This document shows positions 13,006 to 26,832 of a DNA stretch of 64,000 nt, piece by piece (position 1 is the stretch's first letter; the number at the start of each line of letters is the position of its first letter). The notes under the pieces were generated by a model. That model worked only from the letters and a program-made list of their open reading frames with translations, ran no database searches and had not been told where the DNA came from. Source of the DNA: Lama guanicoe. Taxonomy: Eukaryota. The stretch is taken from contig MU053645.1 in assembly GCA_013239625.1 (NCBI GenBank), forward strand, positions 922,274-986,273, given 5' to 3'. Made by a program: the position numbers and the translations under genes.

Positions 13006-13695
13006 ACAGACCGAGTAGTTATTTTTGGCTGGAACATATGAAATGCTGAGATCTCAGCCATACTTTCTCTCTTACTCACTTTCTTCCAAGCTTCCTACTA
13101 TCAACTGTTTTCCTCTTACCTATGTTTTCTATTCCCTCAACATGTTTCTCCTTTTTATTTTCACTGCTAGGCAAGCCCATTCCCCGCCCCATAGTCTCTC
13201 CCCTGTCAAATCCATTTTATTCACACTCCGTACTCACCTCCGCTCCCCTCTCTGTTATCCTACCAGTGCCACCTCTTTGGTTTCATCTCTCATTTTTAGT
13301 AATACTTTAATTACATGGGGGAAATCTGTTTTTTGTGTTATTTGGTTCTCAAGAGCTACAGTCCTTAATGTTTGTAAAAGCTACCTACTTTTGAAGACAA
13401 ATTTGGGAGCTTAAAAGTGTGATCCAAGCGCTCACTTTCCTTTGGCATTGAAGGACCCCTGCTCCCTCTCCCTTATAAACACAATCTGATTTACTTGCAA
13501 AAGTTGCTTGTTTGTTTTTGCTCTGAGTTCAAATTTATTAAACCTATGGTTCCTTTTCACACTTTTCACTTAATAAAAGTGCCCTTTTCGGAGGTGAGTT
13601 TCCCATTCGTTTACTGGCATTCTTCCTACTTCTCCTATAGTACATTAGCTTTGAAAATACTGTATACAATTCTAAGAATAGAATTATAAGTAAGT

Positions 13696-14222
13696 ACAGG
13701 GAAGAAAAAAATTTCATTCTACCTTCGTAGGTTCTCTGGCTGGGCGTAAGAATTAAACTGACGTAAGAAAGGTTAAAAGAAGAAAGGCATACACATTTTA
13801 TTTAATATTTTTACATGCACACAGGAGTTTTCATAATGAAAATGATGATCCAAAGAACCCCTTAGGCCCAAAAGCTTCTATACCTTTTGAATCAAAGAAT
13901 GATAAATTGTGGGGATGTGACAAAGGGGCCTAGGCTGGGGGCAGTAATTTGTGGAAGAGTGAATAGGAAATATATAGGGTAAACTATTGGAAAATAAGGG
14001 GTACTTCAGTAGGTCTGTTTGGACAGATCCATTTTAGCATTGACTCAAGTCCGCGGTGATAAGAATGTTCTCTCCTTGGAAACTTTTATGTCCTGCTTTT
14101 TGGTTGAAAGGGGGAGGTCGGAGAGCTCTTCCTGCATTTGCTGTTTCTCAACTGCCTTCAGCTCAAAACAATCAATATGCCAGAGCAGCATATTTTGGGG
14201 TTATATGTTTAAGATCCCTGCT
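13696..14222 (-). mobile_element. ERV1-class solo LTR (MER34/MER39-like 5' end)
   Basis: The end 'ttctcaactgccttcagctcaaaacaatcaatatgccagagcagcatattttgggg' is the reverse complement of the MER34-group LTR start; subfamily from memory. Confidence 0.75.
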
Positions 14223-14374
14223 AAATCAACATCTCAATCATCTCAGTTCAGGTGACTGAATATCTACTATATTCCTAGTGCACATGATGCTAGATGTGTT
14301 GTGTCATGTAAGAGGAGTCAAGGCAGCTTCTTTCTCATGGGGACACATTTGGTAACTGATGCAGGTAAAGCATT

Positions 14375-14525
14375 TCAGTGTTCTCAGACCATTGTGTATC
14401 ACAATCATCCAGAGAGTATAATCAAAATGAATATTTCTGGACCCCATTTCCATGCATTTTGAGCATGTGTGCTAGGTTATTTGGTGGAAGGAAGTTCCTT
14501 GAACTATACTTTGAGAAAACCTGAT
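14375..14525. mobile_element. MER5-like hAT-Charlie MITE
   Basis: Termini 'cagtgttctcaga...' and '...actatactttgagaaaacctg'. Confidence 0.6.
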
Positions 14526-14773
14526 CCACAGTCATCTAACCCAACTGAATCCTTTTGGCTTGGCACATTGCCCAATGGATTTTACTTTAAGAGTTCAAAT
14601 CAGAATAAGTCATTTCCTTCTTATAAAAGATGTGAGTAAGGCAAGGACTAGGAACCAAAAAAACTACAATGAAAGAAACCTACCTTACTTTTGTCGAAAT
14701 CGTATGGTACCATATAAATTAGAATTTAATACTGCATTTTATCATTATCTGTTGGAGAGTTGGAGAGTTGGGA

Positions 14774-14852
<79 letters not shown>
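14774..14852. repeat. Compound (GA)n(GT)16 microsatellite
   Basis: Direct read. Confidence 0.97.
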
Positions 14853-14854
<2 letters not shown>

Positions 14855-15627
14855 AGCCTTGCCTCCCTGTTTAAAGAACTAGTTCTACAAGCTGGGCAAA
14901 CAGCTGATACTAAAATGTATATCAATAATATACCCACAATATGAGCATCACTAACTTTTCAGAAACGCACTTATTGCTTTTAGTGAGAGACAACTGAATA
15001 TGACACCTTAGCTGTGAACCTAGAAAACCCCAACGCCTTTGCTGTGGACAAACTACAGTGTAGCCTTTCTTGCCACAGAATTGTATTTTATTCCACCGAG
15101 TGGTGTGAAAGCACTTCTCTCTTAAGGGCTGATTTGTGCATCCAGGGGGGAAAAAAAAGCCAGGGTTGTCACAAGATATATCTTTGTTACTTTGATGCCC
15201 AGATTCATATACCATTATTTATACCCTGTATTAATCACTGGGAAATCTGCACCATCCTGAGACATCATGCATCTTATTGACATTCAGATAGTTATCTTAC
15301 AAAAGCACAGATAAGACAAAAGTCGAGGTGCTAGAAAATTAAACAAAAACATCGTCTTTAGACTTCTCCCATAGTGAGTGTGAACAAAATGTCTTCAAAT
15401 AATCCATTCTGTGATTAAACTTGGTTTCCTACAGAAACCTTCCATTTTTTATTTACTTAAGGGCTACTGCTATCAGTTTTGTTTTCAGAGATGCTTCTTT
15501 AAGGGGCATTTGAAGTTAGTTACTTTGTTTTGCTGTAGGAATCAATGCCCCAGACTATTTGTCAGGTGAGTTATGATACAGGAAGAAATACGACTGCTGA
15601 TATTAATAGTAATGCCACTATAGTTAA

Positions 15628-16065
15628 AGACTTCCACACAAATGTTCATAGCAGTGTTATTCACTATAGCCAAAAAGTGGAAACAATCTCATATGCCCAT
15701 CAACTGATGAATGGATAAAAATGTGGTATGTCCACACAACGGAATATTATTCAGCCGTACAAAGGAATGAAGTACCTCATGCTACAGCATAGAAATTTCA
15801 ACATTAACCTGGAAAATATCATGACAAGCAAAAGAAGCCAGTCACAAAAGCCACATTTTGTAAGATTCTACTTATATGAATTGTCCAGTATAGTCAAATC
15901 CACAGCGACAGAAAGTAGGTTAGAGGTTCCCTGGGGATGGTTGGAATGAAAATGTTCTAAAATGGATTATGGTGATGGTTGCAAAACCTGTTAAATTTAC
16001 TAAACATTCATTGAAATATACAGTTAAAATAGGTGAGTTTTATGGTGTGTAAGTTATAACTCAGA
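15628..16065 (+). mobile_element. Old LINE-1 3' end (L1MB/L1ME-like)
   Basis: 'cacacaaatgttcatagcagtgttattcactatagccaaaaagtggaaacaa...aaaatgttctaaaatggattatggtgatggttgc'. Confidence 0.88.
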
Positions 16066-16194
16066 AAATTTGGTTTTTTAAAGCAATTTTAAAAAGCCAA
16101 GGGGGAAAGCTGAAACAGCATTTTTTCAGAGATACTTCAATAAAAAGGAGAATCCCAGGGGTGGGGAGTAATAAACCTTGAGAGTTAAATAAAA

Positions 16195-16430
16195 TAATAA
16201 TGCCATTTTCCAGTATTGAACACTTAAGGTGTGGCAGGCACATCACTAACTGCTTTACATATATCGTCTCCTTTGAGTCTCACAGCAACAGTAAGAAGTT
16301 GAATTATTGTACTGCCTTCATATATGAGGAGGCAGGCCTACAGGGTTTAAGTCAATTGTACAAAGTCACACCACCAGTAAGGGTTAGAACTAAGATTCGG
16401 AGACAAAGCCTGAGTTCTTAACCGTATGCT
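16195..16430 (-). mobile_element. MIR SINE
   Basis: 'atgaggaggcaggcctacagggtttaagtcaattgtacaaagtcacacc'. Confidence 0.75.
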
Positions 16431-17368
16431 GTAATTTTCAAGTAAATATCTTACTGCTAACTCCCCATTTTCAATACCCTCCCATCAGGTTTACAAGACT
16501 GCCACCTCTCCACCCTCCTCCCCTGCCCATGTCTCACTCATCTCAGCAGGAAAGTGACTTATGCTCAGAGGCCCCCTACTTCCTGCAGTCTCTACTATGG
16601 AGATGTAAATAGTTCGATTTTTAAAAAATAATTTAAATGCTGTGGTCAAAAATTGCTTTGGATCTTAGACTTATCCAATATCATAAACCCTTGTTATTTC
16701 TGAATTCTCCAGTATTCCAGAATTCTCTGACTGTTTTTGGTAATTTCTTTTCAGTTCACCCTTCCTCTGGCCCATGCCATGTAGCGAATGTCAAGCAGCC
16801 GGCCTAGCATCTTTGGTATGCCCATTTGGCAAAGGCCCTCAAAACATTTATGAAAATGTAAGAATGGGAAAATTAAAGATGAAGCAGCACAGATGCCTTT
16901 TGCTGAACACTGCTGTCTAAAGAAACTTTGCTCTGGAATGCTATTAAGAAGGGAAAATGACCTATTACCACAGTGTCATTCTCTCTCTTCCATTTAACTT
17001 TCTAGTATAAACATTAAAAGACAGCAGATTGTTCCCTTGTGGATCTAACTAGCAAACTTAAAAGCCTGATTAAAAAATGATGATAAAAAGCAAAACTATA
17101 TCTTTAAAAGCATGTAATCTGTTACCACCATAACAGGCATGCAAAAGAAACCCTGAAACTCCATCCCAGAATGAGAGTAAAACTCCAGCACCACAGTTAA
17201 GTAATAAAACAGGCTGAAATGCGTGCACTGCCAAAGTGCCAATTGCTATTTTGGGAAAAACCTCTATTTGCACTATGTCAGACTGGCATTTCTGGGTTAA
17301 TAGAATGTACCCTAACTTTCAGGGAAGCCATTCAAATATGCAGCTGATTATTTACTCCTGAGACTCAC

Positions 17369-17388
17369 CTGCTCTTAAAATAGTTAGA
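17369..17388 (-). other. Candidate 20-nt micro-exon or AG|GT recursive-type site
   Basis: Minus strand: ttttggttttgtttttggtttttag|TCTAACTATTTTAAGAGCAG|gtgagt; motifs only. Confidence 0.2.
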
Positions 17389-17886
17389 CTAAAAACCAAA
17401 AACAAAACCAAAAACACCTCTACAGAAAAGATGGTAAGAATCACTTTGCAAGGTGGTACTAAGCCCTTGCAGACTAAAGCCAAATGATTAAAATATTATG
17501 TACAATTAATTTTTTAAATATATTTTAAAATTATGCATAGGTTATTTCCAAAGAGTATATACATCTCAAAGCTAAGGTTATTTATGATAACAGGTAGAAG
17601 TTTCTGCAAGAGAATGATAAGGATCCGCATTTACTCGGAGGGAAACATTCCATTGAAAGCACAGTGTTAGAAAGTTCAACATAGAAAAATAGTAATACAA
17701 AGGGATAAAAACACTATTTTCATCACATTTGTTCTCAAATTGAAAATCTGTTCAAATCAAATATTGAGTGTCTCTCATTAGTCAGAGCTCTGCCAGTTTC
17801 CTTTGTCACCTTGGACAGGTTGCTTTATCTCCTTCAGTCTTGGTTGCATCTGCTGAAGTTCCTTCTAGCTTTAAAAGTCTATGACA

Positions 17887-17915
17887 TGTAGTACTGTCTG
17901 AAGTCTGGGAGGGTT

Positions 17916-17954
<39 letters not shown>

Positions 17955-18319
17955 ATACTACTATCCATAAAAAAGAATAAAGTAATGCTATTTTCAGCAA
18001 CATGGATGGACCTGGAAATTGTCATTCTAAGTGAAGTAAGTCAGACAAAGATATCACATGGTATCACTCATATGCGGAATCTAAAAAAATGACACAAATG
18101 AACTATTTACAAAATAGAAACAGGCTCACAGACATAGAAAACAAATTTATGATTATCAGAGGGGAAGGAGTGGTGGGATAAATTGGAGTTTGGGGTTTGT
18201 AGACACTAACTACTATATGTAAAATAGATAACGAGGCCCTACTGCATAGCACAGTGAACTACATTCAATACATTGTAATATCCCATAATAAAAAGGAATA
18301 TGAAAAGGTATATATCTCT

Positions 18320-18359
<40 letters not shown>

Positions 18360-18434
18360 GTAAAACTGAATCACTATGCTGTACACCAGAAACTAACACA
18401 AAATTGTCAATCAACTACACTTTAATTTTTTAAA
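17887..18434 (+). mobile_element. LINE-1 3' end, camelid type, with embedded (AC)n (17919-17952) and (GATA)n (~18320-18359)
   Basis: 'cagcaacatggatggacctggaaattgtcattctaagtgaagtaag...actgaatcactatgctgtacaccagaaactaacac'; flanked by near-repeat aaaagtctatgaca / aagagtctatgaca. Confidence 0.9.
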
Positions 18435-21400
18435 AAGAGTCTATGACAACGTCTTCTGCTTCTCCTGTGCCCCCTACAGCACCTAGTAATACGGCACTAA
18501 CCTGGACTTCCTAAACCCACTGAATGGGATCAGGATTATCCATTCACTTGCCTAATAAACACTATTACTTGCCTCTAGGGCAGGTCCACTTGACACAAAA
18601 TTGTAAAGAAGACCCTTCCATTGTTGTAGGCCTTTATTTGCACTAGAGTCCTAGGGCCCTTGTTTTTCTTCCTCCTTTTTCCTTTAAGGCCTTAAACTAA
18701 CAGAACAACATTCACACAGTGAAATTTCACCTGCTCATTGGAGAGGTATGAGTGAGGGAAAGAGAAGAAATGCCTGGGCCTTCCTGATACCTGATAACCC
18801 ATATGTGGGTTAGCTACTCCACATACTCTGGATGAGGATGGTGTTAAAACCAAGACAACACTTCTAGTTGTATTTGTCCATTTAATATTCCTTTACCCAA
18901 TGACCATAGACTTCACGCCTCTACCTACAACCATCGCACAAATGCACACTATGTGATTAGAAAATAAAAAGCCAGAGGGGAAAATAAGCCTGGCTCAGTG
19001 CACATGAGCTCCAAACCCAGAGATAACCATCGGAGAAGGCATGGCAGGAACAGGAGCAACAACCCTAGGACTTGTATACACTGAAAACCGGTCCGCTAAA
19101 ATCAGTGTGTGGAAACAGGGAAGACGTTTCTCTCTCTATTAGAAAGTTCAGTTGTCACTCTGAAAGAGTTAAAAACTAGTATTGCCTTTAATAATCAGTT
19201 TATCAACAGTGAGTCACCCAGTCAGTACAAGGTATATTGTTTAAGGTACGAAAGAGCTTCTGATTTTGCGTACTTTACCTTTGTCACTTCTTTCCATAGA
19301 CTTCTCTCTCCTTGGCATTTTTCTTCTCGCTTGTTGTAGGTGTCTGCCCATTCCTGACCCCAGCACTAGATCTTTGTAGCGTATCTACGTTATCAGCTCA
19401 CATGCCCAATGTGACTCCAACACTCTTATTAAAAAGAGCATTTCAAGGAAAACACGATCAGGTAGAAATGAATCTTTAATCTTGTTTAAAAGGGAGGAGC
19501 TGTGCTCCAATGTGCATGGCACGCTGCTTAGTGTGAACCACTTTCACATTTGGCACTGGCGGATTCTGTGGCTAGAATCTTAGCGTGGGAAGAGACTTCA
19601 CAGATTGTCAGGCCCTACTGCCACTCAATTGAAATCCTAAATCCTGTTTGATGTCACTAGGATTTATATCAGAACAGAATTTTCTTCCTTGGCACAAGGA
19701 GGTATACTCCGAGACTGAGCCAAATAGCAGTAGAGATGAGATGGCCTATGGAATATTAATCATACCTCACGCTGGAAAAGCAGCACTGACCCGTATCAGA
19801 TGGCCTAGGTTTAGTTTAGTTCTGGACAAATCATACTATCTGAACCACAGTTTCCACATTGACAAAATGAAGTTGTAGGATATGCATCAGCATTCCAGAG
19901 CTGTACCTGGTGAGGAACTCTTCTTTTTAATTTCCCTCAAACTTTGACGAACTGTTCAGTTGAACAAAGAACTGAAAGCCTCTCATTAGTCAGTTCTATC
20001 CTCTTTCACAACTGAAGACAAGTCACTTCACTTTATTCAGTCTCAGTATCCCTTCTCATCCATCTTTGTACCTGCTTCCACATCTAGCCAAGCCTTTCAC
20101 TTAGAGGGGAGCTGGAGATGCAGGTTGCTGGCCAGAGTGAAAGGCAGTCATGAGAAGGAAGCACAGATGGGGAATAACCAAAGCAGCTGGCAGCTAGATT
20201 TTTTTTTTTCTTGGCAGAGAGCCCCCTTGAGAGAAGGCTGTAATTGCAATAATTCTGTCTTTTTACAATTGACCAGGTAAGACTTACAGAACCACTGGTA
20301 TATTGCAATTTAATAATTGTGGGTCCTGCTTTTAACCTATTCTCTCCAAGCCTTGCAAATCTATCCTATCCCTCTGAGAAAGGAACTGACAAGGGCTTCA
20401 GTTACCCTGTGTAGATGGTGGGAGAGGTAAGGGTGGTGGAAGATGATACAACTGGAACCCAACAGTGACACAATCTCAAAATGTGTTCTCGGTTTATTCT
20501 TGGAGACATGAGTTCTCAGGGTGCCAGGTGAGCTTAACTGCTTCATGATTGATCAACTGGTTTGGAATTTGGGGAGTATAAAATTTTACTGCTCACACAC
20601 AGAGAAGAATTGACTGAAACTGACCTTTTGATTTCTTTGCTAGATCTCAGGATTCTAGGGCTCATCAGCTATCTCTCTCTTGAAATGTAAGGCCTACACA
20701 GCGGGCCCTGAGAAAGTTGTATATAAGGAGCTGATGTTCTTTTAATTTAATGAAACATATGCTTTAATTCAGCAGGAAATATCTAGTATATTTGTTCTAC
20801 AAATTAGCAATATATGTTATATCTGTATATGAAGATTTAAATTGTTTTCTCTCCAAATAATGTGAACTGAGGTGAGATGTTCCCTACCAGGCTCTCATGA
20901 AGGGCCATATAAAGTCAGTCATAAAAAGCCTTATTCCAAATACCCATTTGCTTTCCCCTCCCTTCTGCAGTAGTTCTGGTCAAAGTTCACAAAGCAAAAG
21001 TGACACAAATACCCACAAGGAGAGGGGAAATAACATCCAGTACTGCTTCTCAGAGCTGATAACTGTATTCCCAAATGATGATGATATATTATATAACCTC
21101 ATTAAATCTTGAAATGCCACAGCTTTTGGAGAGACAAAACATAGGAAAAAAAATACACATTAGGTAAAGATAAAAATCCCTTATGTGTCTGAAATTTCAG
21201 AATAACTGTCTTTTAGTTGACGTGTCCCTTATCTTCATAAAACATAAGATTCTATAGCTTTGATAATCAGAAATCATTCCCTTTGGGGAAACTATCTCCC
21301 TATCAAAACTCGGCTCATTATTTAAAGGGAATAATAGAGTAATCCTTGATTTTTGAGAGAAATGGCAGATAACTTTGGCCTAGGAGACATAAGACTGAGA

Positions 21401-21699
21401 AGGCTGAAAATGATCTCCTCTGTTACCTAAGGTCATACAATTCTAACAAAGCTAGCTGAGAAAGCAGAGCTGATGAGATGTTACTTTCTGTAAAGCGTGC
21501 AAAGCATTATAGTGAGGACTATCCCTTAAAAAACTTGTAATTATATGGTGAACTACAAAGAGTTAGGAGGCCTATAAAGTAATCAGAAGATGGAAAAAGA
21601 GGGGAAAAATGCCTGGGGCACACAAGAAGACATATAAGATAAAAAGAAAGAGGTGGTCATGGTAGGATGAGTCAACTACAGCCATGAATGCAATAAAAC

Positions 21700-21880
21700 A
21701 GTGCTTTTACAGATATTAATGTGCACACAAATCACATGGAGATCTTTTTCCAATGAACATCACAATGGAGTAAGTTTGAGGTGAGGCCTGAGATTCTGCA
21801 TTACTTACAAGCTCCCAGGTGATGCATGTAAGTATCACATGGACAGACATAGAAAGGTTCATAGACAACCAAGTTCTTGA
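21700..21880. mobile_element. MER5-like hAT-Charlie MITE
   Basis: 'gaggcctgagattctgcattacttacaagctcccaggtgatgc'. Confidence 0.75.
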
Positions 21881-22106
21881 GTAATCCAGGCTGTTACTCG
21901 TCAAGCACATTGGCTATTTTAGATCAACATCATTAGAACCTGTAGTAAGAACTACAATGTGAGGCATTGTAGGAGGTCACAAGAAAGTAAGTCCCTGTCC
22001 CTGTTTTTATTATGGTTACACTGTAGTTCAAGAGGAAACACTAAAAAGGAACAGTTTTCCCCAAGGTCATAGAAATGATCCTTCATGCTTAGTCCTCTTG
22101 AGTTAC

Positions 22107-22977
<871 letters not shown>

Positions 22978-23359
22978 CCTCTTAAGTTACCCTTTGTGCA
23001 ACATGGTATTTAAATACTTTCTTGGGGGAATCCAAAGAGATCATAGATTGGGGGAGAGGGAAGAAGGCTGAGGGAGTGAGCATAGAACATATGTGGGGGA
23101 TTAAATTTCACACTGTAAAGTTTCCATTAACATTGAACAAAGAATTTTTCCTCCCTCCCTTCACTGAGGGGGTGCAGTTTACCCTTGAACCAAATTTGTG
23201 AATTAAATTTAGTTAATATCTCACATACTGCAGAGGAAACTTCACAGCTTATAAAGGACTGGTATGGTGAACACCACCTTGAGACAATTCATAGTAATAC
23301 CCTGAGTCTTGAGGTCCTACAAGATCATTATTAAAATGGGTAGAAATAGGACTCAGGGT

Positions 23360-23540
23360 CTCAACATTTTCACCCCTCATTGAATTTTCAACATTATAAG
23401 TAAGCATAATTTGATAAAAATCAAATTATACTCCTGAACCTTGAAAGGTACATGCTCCTCAACATTTTCATCTGTAGTATAATTTCAATGTTAAAGCTAG
23501 GTAGGATTCTAATAAAAATGAAATTATACCGCTGAACTCA
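23360..23540. repeat. Diverged two-copy tandem duplication, period 98 bp
   Basis: ctcaacattttca at 23360 and 23458; ataaaaat(c/g)aaattatac(tc/cg)ctgaac at 23414 and 23512. Confidence 0.8.
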
Positions 23541-24164
23541 GCACGAGACACCAATTTTTTTAATAACAGTTTCGACCTATTCTCATTTCACCAGCTGCGT
23601 GTTTCCTATACCTTGTAAGAACTCAATAATGGAAATTTTTTAAAAGTCTAGAATCTGCATTGTACAAAAATCTTTAAAAAATGAGAAGTTTCTTCCACGT
23701 TTGTGACATTGGTATCTTTTACCATGACTTCAGTATGCAGTGGCCGGTTTCAACCTCTCCCTGTCCATTTTATTTTCACCTGCTCTTCGTGATGTTTAAT
23801 CCTGGTCATTCATCACTTGAAATCTAAGTTTCTCTCCTTTTCTGATGACTTGGAGCATTAAAACTACCTCTCAAGAGAGATGTGTATGTTGAAAACGGCT
23901 GTCAAGACAGCCAACTGGAATAGCGAATGCAGCCCTTTCAGGTGGTAGGTAGATGATCTGGAACGCTAAAAGTCTATTCTGTCTAAAGATTCTTCAAGCC
24001 CTGAAGAACATCTCAGGAGTGAGAAGTCTGATTTTATTTTCCCTTTTTGTTATCTTACATTTCTGAAACTTTCTTCAAATTTTGGAATAAATTTGGAGGA
24101 AAAAACTAGTGTTCTATGTTGGGAATCTTTGAGACAGCTCAGCATGTCTCCACTTTAACACCAT

Positions 24165-24430
24165 ATAATATATTGATAAAGAGTGTGGCCACTGGAGCCA
24201 GTCCATTTGGAATTTGAATTATGTCTTTGCCACTGTGCAAACTTAAGAAATTTATACAGTCCATCTATGCTTTACTTTCCTCATCTGTTGAGTATGATCA
24301 TGATAATAATAAAATATAATAATGGCTATCCCATAGTGTTATAATGAAGATTAGATGAATTAATCTCTATAAAGCTCTGAGAATAGTACCTGGGACATAG
24401 TAAGCACTCAATAAACACTAGCTATGTTAA
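24165..24430 (+). mobile_element. MIR SINE, near full length
   Basis: 'aagagtgtggccactggagccag...tttcctcatctgt...agtacctgggacatagtaagcactcaataaacactagct'. Confidence 0.88.
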
Positions 24431-26540
24431 TGTCAATTATTATTTTTCATCTTAGAAGAGAGGAGGAATGACTTTTGCAAGTAGGGAGAGTATTTGGGCA
24501 TATAGGGAGGAGAGCGGAGGGAGGGGCCAGGGATATAGAGAAAAGTAGCATTAGTAAAATGTGTGAATGGAGACGTGATTAAAGCAGAGAGCTGTAGAGT
24601 CAGGTATGGAAGATGTGATGGGCAAGAATGGCTCCTTTTCTCACTCTTACCAAGTGACCCACTTACAGACTGACAGCTGTAATAAAAACTTGCTCCAGAA
24701 AAGTTGAAATATGGGGAAGAAAATTATAGAATGGTACACAGAGGATAAAATATAATTATCTTTCTTTAAATCTGTGTGTGCGTGTATGAAAGCGAGAAAC
24801 AGAGAATGCATATGACCTAAATAGGATATGAAAAATTGCTAAGCCCTAGAAGTTAGGGCTTTGTTATGTTCACTTGTAAAACCAAATCTGTAAGTGGAGG
24901 ATCCTAAACATCTGCTATTTTAAGCAGCACCTATATTTCGGGTGATAATTAAGTACCCTAACCTTCTATCAAAATTATTGTCAAGTCTTTGATGGCTCAC
25001 TGATTTTAGAGGCCATATCAGGTTTCTCTCTCTCCCTGGGTGCTTATAGTAATGTACAATAATAAAAATTAAATAACATGCTGAATGGTGATTTTAAAAC
25101 AGCTGTGCACCGTATATTTAGGAGAGACAGAAGGGGCAGGAATATAATCTAAGTATATTCTGTGTGATTCTCCTACTTTACACTGATATAAAAAGAAATC
25201 TATCATATATAAATACCAGCACAATGGTGAAAAAAGAACATTTAGAAATCCCACCAATTACATCCTCCCATCCAGAGTAATACCATTGTCTTAAACAATC
25301 AACCCATTTCTTTACCAATCCCAGCAAATATCAGGGATGTGAAAAACCTTAGAACTCATATATCGTCTCAATAAAACATTATGAATGAAATAATGTCATA
25401 GTGGTGTTTATAGAACAAGGTTATCTGAAATTGTGAACCTTTAAGAATAGTATAGAACATATTTTCTTTAACCCATTCTCCCCCTCTAAGAATACTTAAC
25501 TTTAAAAGATTTAATTCATAGACTCCCTTCAGATAAAACTTTTCTTTTTTATACTACTGATACATAACAACGTTGAGGCAATGGTTACTGACATTCTTCA
25601 TTCTAGGAAGGAAGGTATTATATGTAAACAATGGAAATATCACCATTATGAAAGTAAAGTTTAACATTTTCTTTACAAGAGAGTTCATGGACAATCACTT
25701 ACAAGATTTAAAACATTCAGTTCCTGTGACTTCAAGAAAGATTCCAAGACTTCATTCCTAACATCAAGGAGAAATGTCAAAATATGTAAGACACGACTTC
25801 CAGATCACAAAAGGTGCTATGTAGGCGGAGTTCGTGTCTGCCTATGATTCAGAAAACCAAAACTGTGAAATGGATGGACTTTTGAGGCATCTTATGTATG
25901 TTAGCTCTTCTTTTCATTCTTTTCCTTTGATAGGCTTATCTTTATTTTACACTCAAACTTGCTCTGTGATATTTTCCTCTTTCCCTGTAAACCTGATGTT
26001 TTATTCCTTGAATAGACCTCCCTTTGTCCTGCCATGCTTTTTGCATACAGCAGTTCAGACACAGAAGGCCTCTTTAGCTCCTATTATTGTTATTGATGGA
26101 TGACAGGCAGAACCCTTAGGACCCTATTGAAGGACCTTTAATACTTTTTGCATTTCTATTCTATGCCATTTCCTGCTTGCACTCATTCAATTTCACACAG
26201 CTCTTGCCGCAATCTCCCCAAATTCGTTCTGCAGAAACTCATCACTTTTATTTTTACCCCCTTTGCTTTCACTTTGGTCCCAATTACCAGCCTAACTAGA
26301 TTCTGGTTTCTGTTCACTTCAGGAGTACCCTCACTTTTCACATCATCATTGTTCACATCAGCATCCACTCTCTTGATATGCAAACCTGAGCCTATGAATT
26401 GCTTCTGTTTGCTCTCTCCTGAGTTTACCTGACTAGGTAATAAGAAAGCCCTTTACCATGTCACATCACTTAGTGTATCCATTTATTAAGATCCCATGCT
26501 TAGAAACATCATCTCCAAACTTCATTTTAAAAGATGCCCA

Positions 26541-26832
26541 ACTCACAGACATAGAAAATAAACTTACAGTTACTAGACGGGAAGCAGATGGGAAGAAATA
26601 CATTGGGAGTTCAAGACTTGCAAATACTAAGTACTATATATAAAATAGATAAACAACACGTTTATACTGTATAGCACAGGGAACTATACTCAATATCTTG
26701 TAGTAACCTATAATGAAAAAGAATATGAAAAGGAACATATATATGTATATGTATGACTGAAACATTATGCTGTACACCAGAAATTGGCACAACATTGTAA
26801 ACTGACTAGACTTCAATTAAAGAAAAAAAGAA
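26541..26832 (+). mobile_element. LINE-1 3' end, camelid type, with TSD
   Basis: 'actcacagacatagaaaataaactta...tgtacaccagaaattggcacaacattgtaaactgacta' plus A-tail; TSD taaaagatgccca (26528) / taaaagatgtcca (26833). Confidence 0.92.
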
